From Octopus bimaculoides (Eukaryota), in assembly GCF_001194135.2 (NCBI RefSeq), contig NC_068983.1, forward strand, positions 62,909,202 to 62,944,094: a stretch of 34,893 nucleotides of DNA, written 5' to 3'. Under the pieces are notes generated by a model that was not told the DNA's origin, did not search any database, and saw only the letters and a program-made list of their open reading frames with translations. How positions within the stretch are numbered: the stretch's first letter is position 1; each line of letters starts with the position of its first letter. Shown piece by piece: positions 12,397-23,200 of the stretch. Made by a program: the position numbers and the translations under genes.

Positions 12397-13034
12397 TTCA
12401 GAGACAGAGAGACAGACACAGAGATAGACAGACACTGACAAACAAACGCATACTGGTATACGCAAACATAAATGTAGATATAAACATATAGAGAGGCAGA
12501 AATATGTACATTGATAAATATAGACGTATATTTTTGTGTACACACTATGAAATACACTCTTTGCAGACACACACACACACACACACACACATACACACAC
12601 AGAGTAACAAATATACAATCATACACATACGCAATCACAATTGATATATGAATAGAACTGTGGTCCAAGTATCGTCTACTGTTTTATCATTATTTTAAAA
12701 TATTCTCTGATAGAGCTTTTTATATCATACTTTTCAACCTTGGCTATTGTGATTTATTCTTTTATTCTTTTTCTTCATCCAGTTATTTTGAATGTGGGCA
12801 TGCGGGAGCACCGCCTTTTAGTCGAACAAATCGAACCCTAGACTTATTCTTCGTAAGCCTGGTAATTATTCTATCGTTATTGTTTGCCGTATCGCTAGGT
12901 TACGGGGATGTAAACACACTAACATCGCTTTTGTTGAGGGGGACGATCACACAAATACACACGCACACACACACACACACACGCACATACACACATGTAT
13001 TCGCCATGATAGATCGCTGACAACTACATTTATA

Positions 13035-13200
13035 TTTTTTCTCCTTGTTTCTCTCCTTATTTCTTTCTGTGTTCCTTTCAGTTGGAGAGCGTAGCTCGAA
13101 ACGTCAAAGACATTCTCTATTCCCGAGCGTTAAACTAATACATCCATTTGTTGTTTACACCACCTGTCTTTGTCTGTTGTTTTTTCCGTAAATTCTCCCA
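13035..13200 (+). mobile_element. Dispersed ~150-bp repeat, putative Penelope-like terminal-repeat derivative (copy 1)
   Basis: Colinear with 16195-16330 (shared CCCrAGCGTTAAACTAAT...TTGTTGTT...CACCTGTCTT); carries a hammerhead-like motif. Confidence 0.6.
13075..13109 (+). ncRNA. Degenerate minimal type-I hammerhead ribozyme-like motif
   Basis: CTTT-[CAGTTGGA]-GAGC(GTA)GCTC-GAA-ACGT-C-AAAG: stem I CTTT/AAAG, stem II GAGC/GCTC, palindromic ACGT in place of stem III. The core deviates from CUGANGA. Confidence 0.5.
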
Positions 13201-13634
13201 TATATATATATATATATATATATACGATAGGCTTCTTTCAGTTTCCGTCAACCAACTCTACTCACAAGGCTTTGGTCGGCCCGATGCTATAGTAGAAGAC
13301 ACTTGCTCAAGGTGCCACGCAGTGGAACTGAACCCGGAACCATGTTGTTCTGTAGCAAGCTTCTTACCACACAGCCACGCCTGTATCTTATTCATTATAT
13401 ATTTACTTATTTATATATTTTCGTTTAGAAGTTTATATGATTTCATTGTGTAACGTGTTATTTTCTTACAAAAGATAGTCGTTTCTGACTTTAAAGGTTT
13501 ATTAAACTACTTTTTTGTCTCTATCACTTCGAGTGACGATGTAGAAACTCCTACATTTAAATTAATTATATTATTGTTTCAAACGTAAGCGCATTACTTT
13601 CTTTTTTTTTTCTTTTTCCTTTGCTGATGGAGAG

Positions 13635-13810
13635 TTTAATCAACTACATCAACAACAGTACTTGAATAAAACTGTATTTTATCGACCCCTGAGGGATGAC
13701 AATGAAAGTCGACTTCAGTGGTATTTGAACTCAAAATGTAAAGAGCCTTAGCAAATACAGCTAATTCAGTTTGTTACGCTCCAGCGATTCTATGAATTCA
13801 CTCCACCTCT
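13635..13810 (-). mobile_element. SINE family A, old copy
   Basis: TTTTATCGACCCC...AAAGTCGACTTCAGTGGTATTTGAACTC is the reverse complement of the family A core. Confidence 0.75.
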
Positions 13811-14132
13811 TATTCATGCCATTCGATCTCCTGAGACGAAAGACACCCCATACACAGCGCCTCGTACTTGTCATCACATGGTAATTTATAAATTTGTTTT
13901 ATTTTTGTTGTGTTTAACACATCACCATCGCAGTTAATAGCAGCATCAACAATACTGCTAATATTATTGAAATTATTTCCAGTTTTTAAATTTTAAGCAA
14001 CCCTGAGGAAGGTTTCATCTTCAAGAGTAATTTCATTTAATCGAAGTTTTCAGATCACCATATAACATCATAATAAAAGTGCCACTAAGGTAGTTTGCCC
14101 TAGCCCTATTGTCGATAAAATAAGATAGCATC

Positions 14133-14355
14133 TACGAAAGAGTGCTATAATAGTTCCTGGTTTTAAGGGTATCGCGAATGGCCTGCTTGGAGGCCCAGCT
14201 TTTCAAGTTCTTTTACCGAGTTGAGAAAAACTGAAAGGCCGCAACAATAAATGTGTGAGGCTGAGATGGGAATATGTTGAATAAAATCATATGTGACTGA
14301 TCATCCTATATCTTCATTTACCCAAAGCCAGGAACTTTTCGGCACCCAGCTCATA
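14133..14355 (+). mobile_element. Mariner-derived MITE retaining the transposase C-terminal codons
   Basis: Degenerate ~30-bp TIRs (TACGAAAGAGTGCTATAATAGTTCCTGGTTTT vs reverse complement TATGAGCTGGGTGCCGAAAAGTTCCTGGCTTT) with TA at both ends. Internal EKLKGRNNKCVRLRWEYVE* resembles the mariner C-terminus. Confidence 0.7.
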
Positions 14356-14470
14356 AATACGACTTTGATTAGGTGTACAAGCTATGATGTTTAACAGTAG
14401 ATCCGTCTCATTCGAACAAGACCAAATTGCAGAAAATATAATTGTACATTATATGCTTCTGATATAACTT

Positions 14471-14472
<2 letters not shown>

Positions 14473-14555
<83 letters not shown>
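14473..14555 (+). repeat. Perfect (TG)n microsatellite
   Basis: Read directly. Confidence 0.95.
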
Positions 14556-14557
<2 letters not shown>

Positions 14558-15310
14558 AGTGGATTAAGCGGAATGACTTTTCATAATTCAACAGGGAGAA
14601 GATAACTGCAGCATTGTGGAGTAAAGAGAGGAGATCAACCAAATAAGACATCTTGGTTATCACCCACTACCTCCGTCCTCATCTCTCTTGACTTGACCTT
14701 GATTCTGGATTAAACATGGTCACAGACGAGAGATTGAAGCTGATGGTGCGCGACATTTCTTCACTTTAAACAAAATCACCGCGCATGCCTTAAGTCATGT
14801 TTTGAATGGCAACATAATTATCGCCCCCTCTGCGAGTGTGTGTGAATGTGTGTGTATCTGTGTATACATGAGTGTGTGCGTGTGTACATGTGTATGTGTG
14901 TGTGTGCGTGTATGCATTTTTGTGTGTGTGTGTCTGTGTGTGAGTACAGTTCTGCGCTTGTGTGTAAGAGATAGTGTGTTACTTAATGCACATATCAACA
15001 TTAATATCTATATGTATATATACATACGTACATACATACATATATATATGTAGAAATATATATATANNNNNNNNNNNNNNNNNNNNNNNNNNNNNNNNNN
15101 NNNNNNNNNNNNNNNNNNNNNNNNNNNNNNNNNNNNNNNNNNNNNNNNNNNNNNNNNNNNNNNNNNNNNNNNNNNNNNNNNNNNNNNNNNNNNNNNNNNN
15201 NNNNNNNNNNNNNNNNNNNNNNNNNNNNNNNNNNNNNNNNNNNNNNNNNNNNNNNNNNNNNNNNNNNNNNNNNNNNNNNNNNNNNNNNNNNNNNNNNNNN
15301 TATATATATT

Positions 15311-16048
15311 CAGAGTACGGTGAATAATCTGTCGTCTAAATTGGGCAAAAATCAAAATGTGACTCACATCTCATTTTAACAAATATATTTTACCAAAATT
15401 GCATAGGAATATTTTGAAATACTAAACAGTAAATCTATTCAATAAAATCGCCATTGGCTTCAACCACGGCCTGCAAATGACTTCGCAATCTTTTGCAACT
15501 CTTCTTGGCGGTCTCCTTGTTTAAGTTGGTGAATGCTGCCACAGTCCTTGCCTTCAGATCATCTTTGGAGTTATTGGGAGATTTGTTGGTCTCTCTCGCT
15601 CAACATAATAATCATGTGAGTTGCAATCTGGGGAGCTAGGTGGCCAGATGTTAGGGGTGATGTGGTCGCAGAAATTGTCTCAGACGCATGACTGGGTTCT
15701 TCTGCTTGTGTTCCAAGGTGCAGTGTCCTGTTGCCAGACATAGGGTCTTTCAGCAGCCACCTTCCTGACCCAGGTCAGCACTCTTGGTACATGTCCGCAA
15801 ATTGTAGTGTCCTCAGACTGACATCCAAACACTCTGAAATGTGTGTATTAGAACTTTCGGCGGGAACGCCAGGCAGTACATGTTTCCAATTTTATGGCAT
15901 AGTGAATTACGTCATGGTGCTGTATTTCTCACAGACGGTGCCCAACTGATACTACTATATTGTGTAAGTCGACAAAATAAAAAACAAACAACGTGCATGC
16001 GTGAAATTCAAAAACATAAAATGCCCAAAATTTACCCATCGCACCCTG
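15311..16048 (-). mobile_element. Internally deleted DD37D (maT-type) Tc1/mariner transposon with both ends
   Basis: Ends CAGAGTACGGTGAATAA (15311) and reverse complement CAGGGTGCGATGGGTAA (16048). ATG at 15915 leads to HTH-like ISECLDVSLRTLQ, fused to WQQDTAP...WPPSSPDCNSHDYYV (37 residues between the catalytic Ds) and ...VVEANGDFIE* (stop at 15435-37). In-frame stops are present. Confidence 0.85.
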
Positions 16049-16194
16049 AATGAATATGTATGGATGCATGTATGTATGTATGTATGTATGTATGTATGTA
16101 TTTATGTATGTATGTATGTATGCATATATATATATTTGCAAAACAAATATATATATATATACATATCGCTAAATCTACAGGGTTTTTTAAAATT

Positions 16195-16330
16195 CTCTCT
16201 CTGTTTATTTTCTCTTATTCTTTTCTGTTGAAAAGTGTAGGCTTGAAACTTAAAAGACTTTTTCATTTTCCCAAGCGTTAAACTAATGCACTTGCTTGTT
16301 GTTCAGACACCTGTCTTCGTCTTTTGTTTC
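16195..16330 (+). mobile_element. Dispersed ~150-bp repeat, copy 2, with hammerhead-like motif at 16220-16257
   Basis: CTTTT-[CTGTTGAA]-AAGT(GTAG)GCTT-GAA-ACTT-A-AAAG; the remainder is colinear with 13110-13190. Confidence 0.6.
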
Positions 16331-16489
16331 AACTATTAGACGCCCATGCATACCAGATTTTCCTCCCTCTCCACGCCACCGATGTTATCCAAGAGAAATG
16401 CCGATACAGTGGAACTGAACCTGGAAGTACGTTGTACGTACGCAAGCAATACACACACATACAGAGGCGCGCGCACACACACACTCACG

Positions 16490-16556
<67 letters not shown>

Positions 16557-16634
16557 CGGTGGTGTAGAATTTAGAATATAATTATTCTTTTTCATTCCAG
16601 ATGCCATTATACTAAACATTTGCGAAGAGCAACC

Positions 16635-17657
16635 ATACCACACACAAAAAATTCAGCAGAACTGTCAGATTTTCAAAGAGTACATATTGTTGGGCAATCT
16701 GAGGCTGGTCTTAGCCAGCGAAAAATTGCCGAAAATCTTCAAATTCCTCTTGCTACTGTTAATAGAATTATAGTGCAATTCAAAAGCCAAGGAAAAGAAT
16801 CAACAGATTCTCGTCCCAGCTGACCTGGGCCCTCGGAAAGGAAGCTCTGCTGTTTGAAGAGAATTGTGGAAAACGAACCCCGTTTGAAGACTTCTGGCAT
16901 TGCAAAACAGCTAGACGTTAGTCCAACAACGTGTGTTACATATCTGCATAAGCTTGGGTATTATGGACGAGCAGCTAGAAGAAAACCTCTCTTTCAACCA
17001 GTAAATATCATGAAAAGAAAGAAATGGGCTAATGCGATGTCAGAGAAATCCAGTTCATTTTGGGATAGAGTGATTTTCTCAGATGAAACCAGATTTGCAT
17101 TATTTTCAGACAATGGACGTGTTTGGATCTGGAGGCTTCCCAGTCAAGAATTTGATTTGAAATGACTCCAACCAACTGTCAAACATGGCGGTATCTCTGT
17201 AATGGTATGGGGAGCTGTCACCAGCAATGGTCGTTCTGAACTGATCGAATGTGTTGGAACCATACAGTCTGAAAAATACATCGAAATACTTAAGCCAGGA
17301 CTACTTACGATGTATTAACACGATAACATAGCGAAAAATAAGTTTTTATTCATGGAAGATGGGGCTCCATGCCACACAGCGAAAAAGAATCAACAATGAC
17401 TGACTGAAAATGGGATCAAAAAGCTTCCTTGGCCGAGCCAATCTCCTGACATAAACCCGATTGAAAATCTTTGGAGCATACTAGATAGAGCTGTACGAAA
17501 AAGTCGACAGAAACCAAAATCTAAAGATGAATTGTTTCGATTGTTGCGTGAAAAGTGGGAAGAAATTCCACAAGAAACAATCACAAATCTCATCAGTTCA
17601 ATGGAAAAAAGAGTTTCTGAATTAAAAACTGCAAAGGGAATATCAACTAAATACTAA
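16635..17657 (+). pseudogene. Tc1-family DD34E transposase, full length (340 codons), no frameshifts, four premature stops
   Basis: One frame throughout: ELSDFQR HTH, GRAARRKP, VIFSDE (D 17082), [17 protein letters not shown] (D 17358), WPSQSPDINPIE (E 17463; spacing 34), GISTKY*. Stops at 16821, 17163, 17316 and 17397; the presumed start is ATA at 16635. Confidence 0.92.
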
Positions 17658-18026
17658 ATTATGTAGTCCTACATTTCAATTGCTCGCTTTGCGTATTAGA
17701 TAAAACATTTTGGAAATTAAAGATTTCAATTTACTTCCTGCATGTCTGTATATGTATGTATATATATATATATATATATAACGATGACCACTAAAATGGA
17801 CATTTAATGTGCTAGAAGATCACATTTTGTGTCTACTAAGACCTAATGGTTCTAAAAAGAAATTCAGCGAAATACCAAATCGTATGCGGGCAAGACAGTG
17901 AAAATTATATAAATAAAACATTATTATTCGTGGACCGGTTTCGAAATTAACATTCTTACCGAATATCTGCTTCTCTTCAGCACGAATTGTAAGGAAATTA
18001 TTATTATTTTTGTTATTATTATTTCT

Positions 18027-18575
18027 GAGTGAGAGAGCAGCGCATGCCATCAAAGTGACACTGGGGTAAAGTATACGAAACACAGTATACCCATCAAGAC
18101 TACCCGGCTGATAAGGGTACACCACGTACATGCATCACAACCATATGTGCGCGATATGGTGATCTCATATCAAGATAAACAGCGCATGACCTTGCAGGTG
18201 GGGCCCAATTAGAATTTTCTTCAGGTCAAGTAGCCCATCCGTCTCAAATGGTCGCTGAATAAGGTTTGTTTAAGGAGGATTAACAAAATACTTACGCTTC
18301 CAAAGGTGAATTATCCAAACCCCAAAGGATTTCTCTCAACACAAGGTTATGATGCTCCCCAACTACTTCTGTTCGTGATCAGAGATGCACATATCGTCAG
18401 CCACTAAGGGACATGCTCAACTGGTTAAGGTCAAACAACTGACAAGCGAATCTATGGAAATGAGCAGAATATTTGCTGTAGACCATCTTTTATACCAAGA
18501 CAAAACAATGTACATGATAACACTTCCTATCAATTAAGATCAGAAGCCATGAGAGCCACTGCCTGGTTCTGCATC
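18027..18575. repeat. Unclassified ~550-bp interspersed repeat bounded by (ATT)n on both sides
   Basis: A second partial copy lies at 6297-6418. No Pol III boxes, TIRs or ORF seen. Confidence 0.75.
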
Positions 18576-18648
<73 letters not shown>

Positions 18649-18688
18649 GTTATTATTATTATTATTATTATTATCATTATTATTATTA
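18576..18688 (+). repeat. (ATT)n microsatellite
   Basis: Read directly. Confidence 0.95.
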
Positions 18689-18690
18689 AA

Positions 18691-18726
18691 GGCGGTGAGC
18701 TGGTAGAATAGTTAGCACGTCGGGCG
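18691..18726 (+). mobile_element. SINE family A 5' head, running into a gap
   Basis: GGCGGTGAGCTGGTAGAATAGTTAGCACGTCGGGCG closely matches the 32475 head. Confidence 0.8.
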
Positions 18727-19406
18727 NNNNNNNNNNNNNNNNNNNNNNNNNNNNNNNNNNNNNNNNNNNNNNNNNNNNNNNNNNNNNNNNNNNNNNNNNN
18801 NNNNNNNNNNNNNNNNNNNNNNNNNNNNNNNNNNNNNNNNNNNNNNNNNNNNNNNNNNNNNNNNNNNNNNNNNNNNNNNNNNNNNNNNNNNNNNNNNNNN
18901 NNNNNNNNNNNNNNNNNNNNNNNNNNNNNNNNNNNNNNNNNNNNNNNNNNNNNNNNNNNNNNNNNNNNNNNNNNNNNNNNNNNNNNNNNNNNNNNNNNNN
19001 NNNNNNNNNNNNNNNNNNNNNNNNNNNNNNNNNNNNNNNNNNNNNNNNNNNNNNNNNNNNNNNNNNNNNNNNNNNNNNNNNNNNNNNNNNNNNNNNNNNN
19101 NNNNNNNNNNNNNNNNNNNNNNNNNNNNNNNNNNNNNNNNNNNNNNNNNNNNNNNNNNNNNNNNNNNNNNNNNNNNNNNNNNNNNNNNNNNNNNNNNNNN
19201 NNNNNNNNNNNNNNNNNNNNNNNNNNNNNNNNNNNNNNNNNNNNNNNNNNNNNNNNNNNNNNNNNNNNNNNNNNNNNNNNNNNNNNNNNNNNNNNNNNNN
19301 NNNNNNNNNNNNNNNNNNNNNNNNNNNNNNNNNNNNNNNNNNNNNNNNNNNNNNNNNNNNNNNNNNNNNNNNNNNNNNNNNNNNNNNNNNNNNNNNNNNN
19401 NNNNNN

Positions 19407-19885
<479 letters not shown>

Positions 19886-19960
19886 ATGTGCATGTATAGA
19901 AATATACATAATAGTACTATGCACATATATACATACATATAAATATACATAAACACGCAT

Positions 19961-20348
19961 GTTGTTGTTGGCACTCCGTCGCTTACGACGTCGAGGGTTC
20001 CAGTTGATCCGATCAACGGAACAGCCTGCTTGTGAAATTAACGTGCAAGTGGCTGAGCACTCCACAGACAAGTGTACCCTTAACGTAGTTCTCGGGGATA
20101 TTCAGCGTGACACAGTGTGACAAGGCTGACCCTTTTGAATTACAGGCACAACAGCAACAGGAAGTAAGAGTGAGAGAAAGTTGTGGTGAAAGAATACAGC
20201 GGGGTTCGCCACCATCCCCTGCCGGAGCCTCGTGGAGCTTTAGGTGTTTTCGCTCAATAAACACTCACAACGCCCGGTCTGGGAATCGAAACCGCGATCC
20301 TATGACCGCGAGTCCGCTGCCCTAACCACTGGGCCATTGCGCCTCCAC
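19961..20348 (-). mobile_element. SINE family C, apparently complete, tRNA-Arg-like head and (CAA)n tail
   Basis: Head GGCGCAATGGCCCAGTGGTTAGGGCAGCGGACTCGCGGTCATAGGATCGCGGTTTCGATTCCC has A and B boxes and a GCCC/GGGC D-stem, and aligns by eye to tRNA-Arg(TCG). Many CpGs are intact. Confidence 0.8.
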
Positions 20349-20387
20349 TTGTATATATATATATACATACATATAAATATACATAAA

Positions 20388-20429
<42 letters not shown>

Positions 20430-22351
20430 CATACGTACAAAATATAAATATACATATGAATATACATAAACGCACATATATATATATATATACAAACATA
20501 CATACAAACATACACATAAACATACATACATACATACGCACACACGTGTGCATTTGTATGCACGTACATACATATCTGGGACGGAGACAGTCAGAATACC
20601 ATTTGATCGCAGATCTCCAACACCTGATGTTATCAAATTTACTTATTTTATCGACCACTATTTTGTGAATTTTCCTAGATCTAAATTTCTCTACAAAATT
20701 AAGCACGCACATCTTTTATTAGTAGAACCCCTACGTGGCTGTTCGAAATATTAGCGAATTTCACTCCTCAAAACGAAACGTATTAGATAACACGATCTGG
20801 GTTAAATTATATCCGAAGGGAATAAAAATTAATGATCATAACTTGAAAAGCTTTTGATCAAGAATCTGCCCTGTTAACCTGAAGCTAAACAGCAGCAACT
20901 AATTCCCTTTGTGAACTTTAACATTAAACAACACTCTGTATATTAATATTGGTGTTGTTGTTATTGTTTTTGGTGGTGGTGGTGGTGGTGGTGGTAGTCG
21001 TCATCGTCGTCGTCGTCGTTGTTGTTAATTGTGTAATCGTTACGCCTGTTTATTTGCAATAGTGAAAGGCGTAATATGGTGGATGAGGTGGAAAGACTGG
21101 GTTCTGTTTGTCTGTCGAAAGTAAAGAGCACATCTTTAAAAGTATTAAGACTGTAAAGGTCCTGACCTTGAGAAACTATTTTAATTTATTTTGTTCTTGA
21201 AAGCCAAAGCGTGGGTTTAAGTAGCATGTTGCGTATATATGTGTGTATGTATATGTATCTGTGTGTGTTCATGTGTGTTTCTCTATGTGCGCGCGCATAT
21301 TATTGTGTGTGTGTGCGCGTGCGCGTGAGCGTGTGTGTGTGTGTGTGTGTGTGTGCGTATGAGTGTATGTGTGCGTGAGCTTATGTCCAAAGTCAAGAAA
21401 GCAAGCGTATATATTTCTTAAACGAAATTCCAAGGTGATATTTCGAGGTGACCGTTATTAAAGAAGATGGTGATGATGATGATGATGATGATTACGCTAG
21501 ATTTTGGTAGAAGGGGTTAAAATATGTTCTAGTTATTGTTGTTACTTAACTCCCTAGTCGATCCTCATCGGGCAAGCAGATGGTTAAAGACATTCTTCTG
21601 GGCAATATCCATCTCTGATGTTGAGGGAGGAAATGTTTATGATTATATTATCTAATGTGCCCCTTCCCACTTTTTAAGACGATCGTCCCTTAAAATGCCC
21701 TTCAAGTCACTCTTTAAGAATAAAAATGGTGGTTTGATGAAGCAACTTTTTCTTTTTCAGGAAAGATGGTTTGAAAGAGAGTTTACAGCTGTGTTTCGTA
21801 GCTCGAATAACCACGTATCGGTACACAGTTTAACTCGTAAATATACAAGTGGAGTAACGAAGTCAATATAATCCGTTGTTTCTTATCTCTCCCTCAAAGT
21901 TGAGAAAAGGAACAACTGTCAAAAGTCATTGGCCTGAGAGTGTTACATAGGAAAGCAGGTTTTGCCAGTCGAGAAAAAGGAATTTGACGAAACCAATGTT
22001 TCACGTTCATTCGTTCAATTTCTGGGCATTAACCGTGTTTATGATAAACGGATGTATTCACATGTACGATGGACCCGACGGCTAGCAGTCTTTGGCAGTA
22101 GATTTTCTCTGCTCGGTGGCTATAGTAATGAAAGTTATCGTTTGATGGAGGACGCAGCTAAGGACATAGATTTTCCTTGTTACATTCTCATCAGATCACT
22201 TGAAGAAGAAAGTGAGAGCAGAAAAGGAGTAACTGCTCTCCAGAAAATTTTAAGTATTTTATGCGACAGTGGCAATATTGGCACTGCAGTTAAACGGACT
22301 TACTCTGACTGCACAGCTCTTTTCTAGCAACCAGAGCTGGGAAATATCATC

Positions 22352-23200
22352 TACGAGTTGTATTCCATAAATTTTGAGATCATTTCATGAGAGGGAGTTA
22401 TAACTGCCCAAATTATTCTAATTTTAGTATATCATTACTATACATGTAAAAATCTGGTCTGCTAATACTTTTTTAAATTTCAGATTGAAGGAGATTTTGA
22501 ACACACTCAACTAAACAGTGCTTATCACAGCTGACTACTGTGCAGAATACCATCAGGACTTGAAAACAATTTCGAAACTCACTATGCAATAAGATTTTAT
22601 GTTAAACTGAACAAAACCATTACAGACTGCTTATAGTTTAACTTGTACGAGCCGAGCACAAGAGATCCAAGGATGGTAAAGGTGGAAGACTGTGAGAGGT
22701 ATGGGAGAGAGAGGTGTGCGAGGGAGATGCGTGGAAGGAGAGTTGTGGGAGAGAGAGGTGTGAGAGGAAGACGCGTGGGAGGGAGAGGTAAGAGAAGGAC
22801 GTAAGAACATCAGAGCTGGGTGAGCAAATTCGTAATTTTCTGGATGAAGAACGTCACGTGTCTATAAAGACAATAAACATACAGTTTGGGGCTGGTGTGG
22901 CAACTATACATGATGAGGAACTGAACATGTGCAAAGTTTGATTCTAGGGATTCTAGATACGTTGGTGAGTGTAGGAATATGGTTGAGCTTATTATCTCCA
23001 AAACAAGAGTACTTGTATCTATGACGAAAGCTGGATCTAAGCTGGATCTACTGATATTATCCAGAGGCCAGGAGACATGGTACCTAATGGAAGCATCCTT
23101 GCAACTCCAGACCTAAGAAGCCCAGACAAAGAAAGTCTACCGAGAACTTATTGATCACCTATTTCTTCGGCCAAAATGGTACCATTTACATCTATTGGGA
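22352..23200 (+). mobile_element. 5' two-thirds of a decayed mariner (DD34D-type) transposon
   Basis: TACGAG... terminus; ENNFETHYAIRFYVKLNK (first HTH); RHVSIKTINIQFGAGVATIH..EELNMCKV (second HTH); IYDESWI (first catalytic D at 23023); WKHPCNSRPKKPRQRKS. The later catalytic residues are absent, so DD34D is inferred. Confidence 0.85.

Larger units (their letters stand above)
12765..13382 (-). mobile_element. Full SINE family B (tRNA head + CORE-like domain + microsatellite linker + 3' half), interrupted by a hammerhead-bearing repeat
   Basis: The 5' half at 13222-13382 has A-box-like GTGGCTGTGTGG, B-box-like GGTTCAGTTCC and CCTTGAGCAAGT (CORE-SINE-like, as in octopus OR2). The 3' half is at 12765-12955 in the same orientation. 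Confidence 0.8.

Noticed and set aside
18520-18575. U2 snRNA-like words (ATCAATTAAGATCA, CCTGGTTCTGCA)
   Set aside because: Short matches not colinear with U2; no Sm site or stem-loops.
20275-20348. tRNA gene
   Set aside because: Acceptor and T stems do not close and the sequence continues into a SINE body.
21750-21830. Acceptor-like TTTTTCAG followed by an open frame (ERWFEREF)
   Set aside because: The frame hits a stop without a good donor, and similar sequence recurs near 26420, indicating a repeat fragment.
22165-22195. Minus-strand CTGATGAG...GAAA hammerhead core
   Set aside because: No stem II pairing between the core halves and no stem I or III.
21962-22327. 121-aa ORF
   Set aside because: Non-ATG start, no recognisable motif, no convincing splice boundaries.
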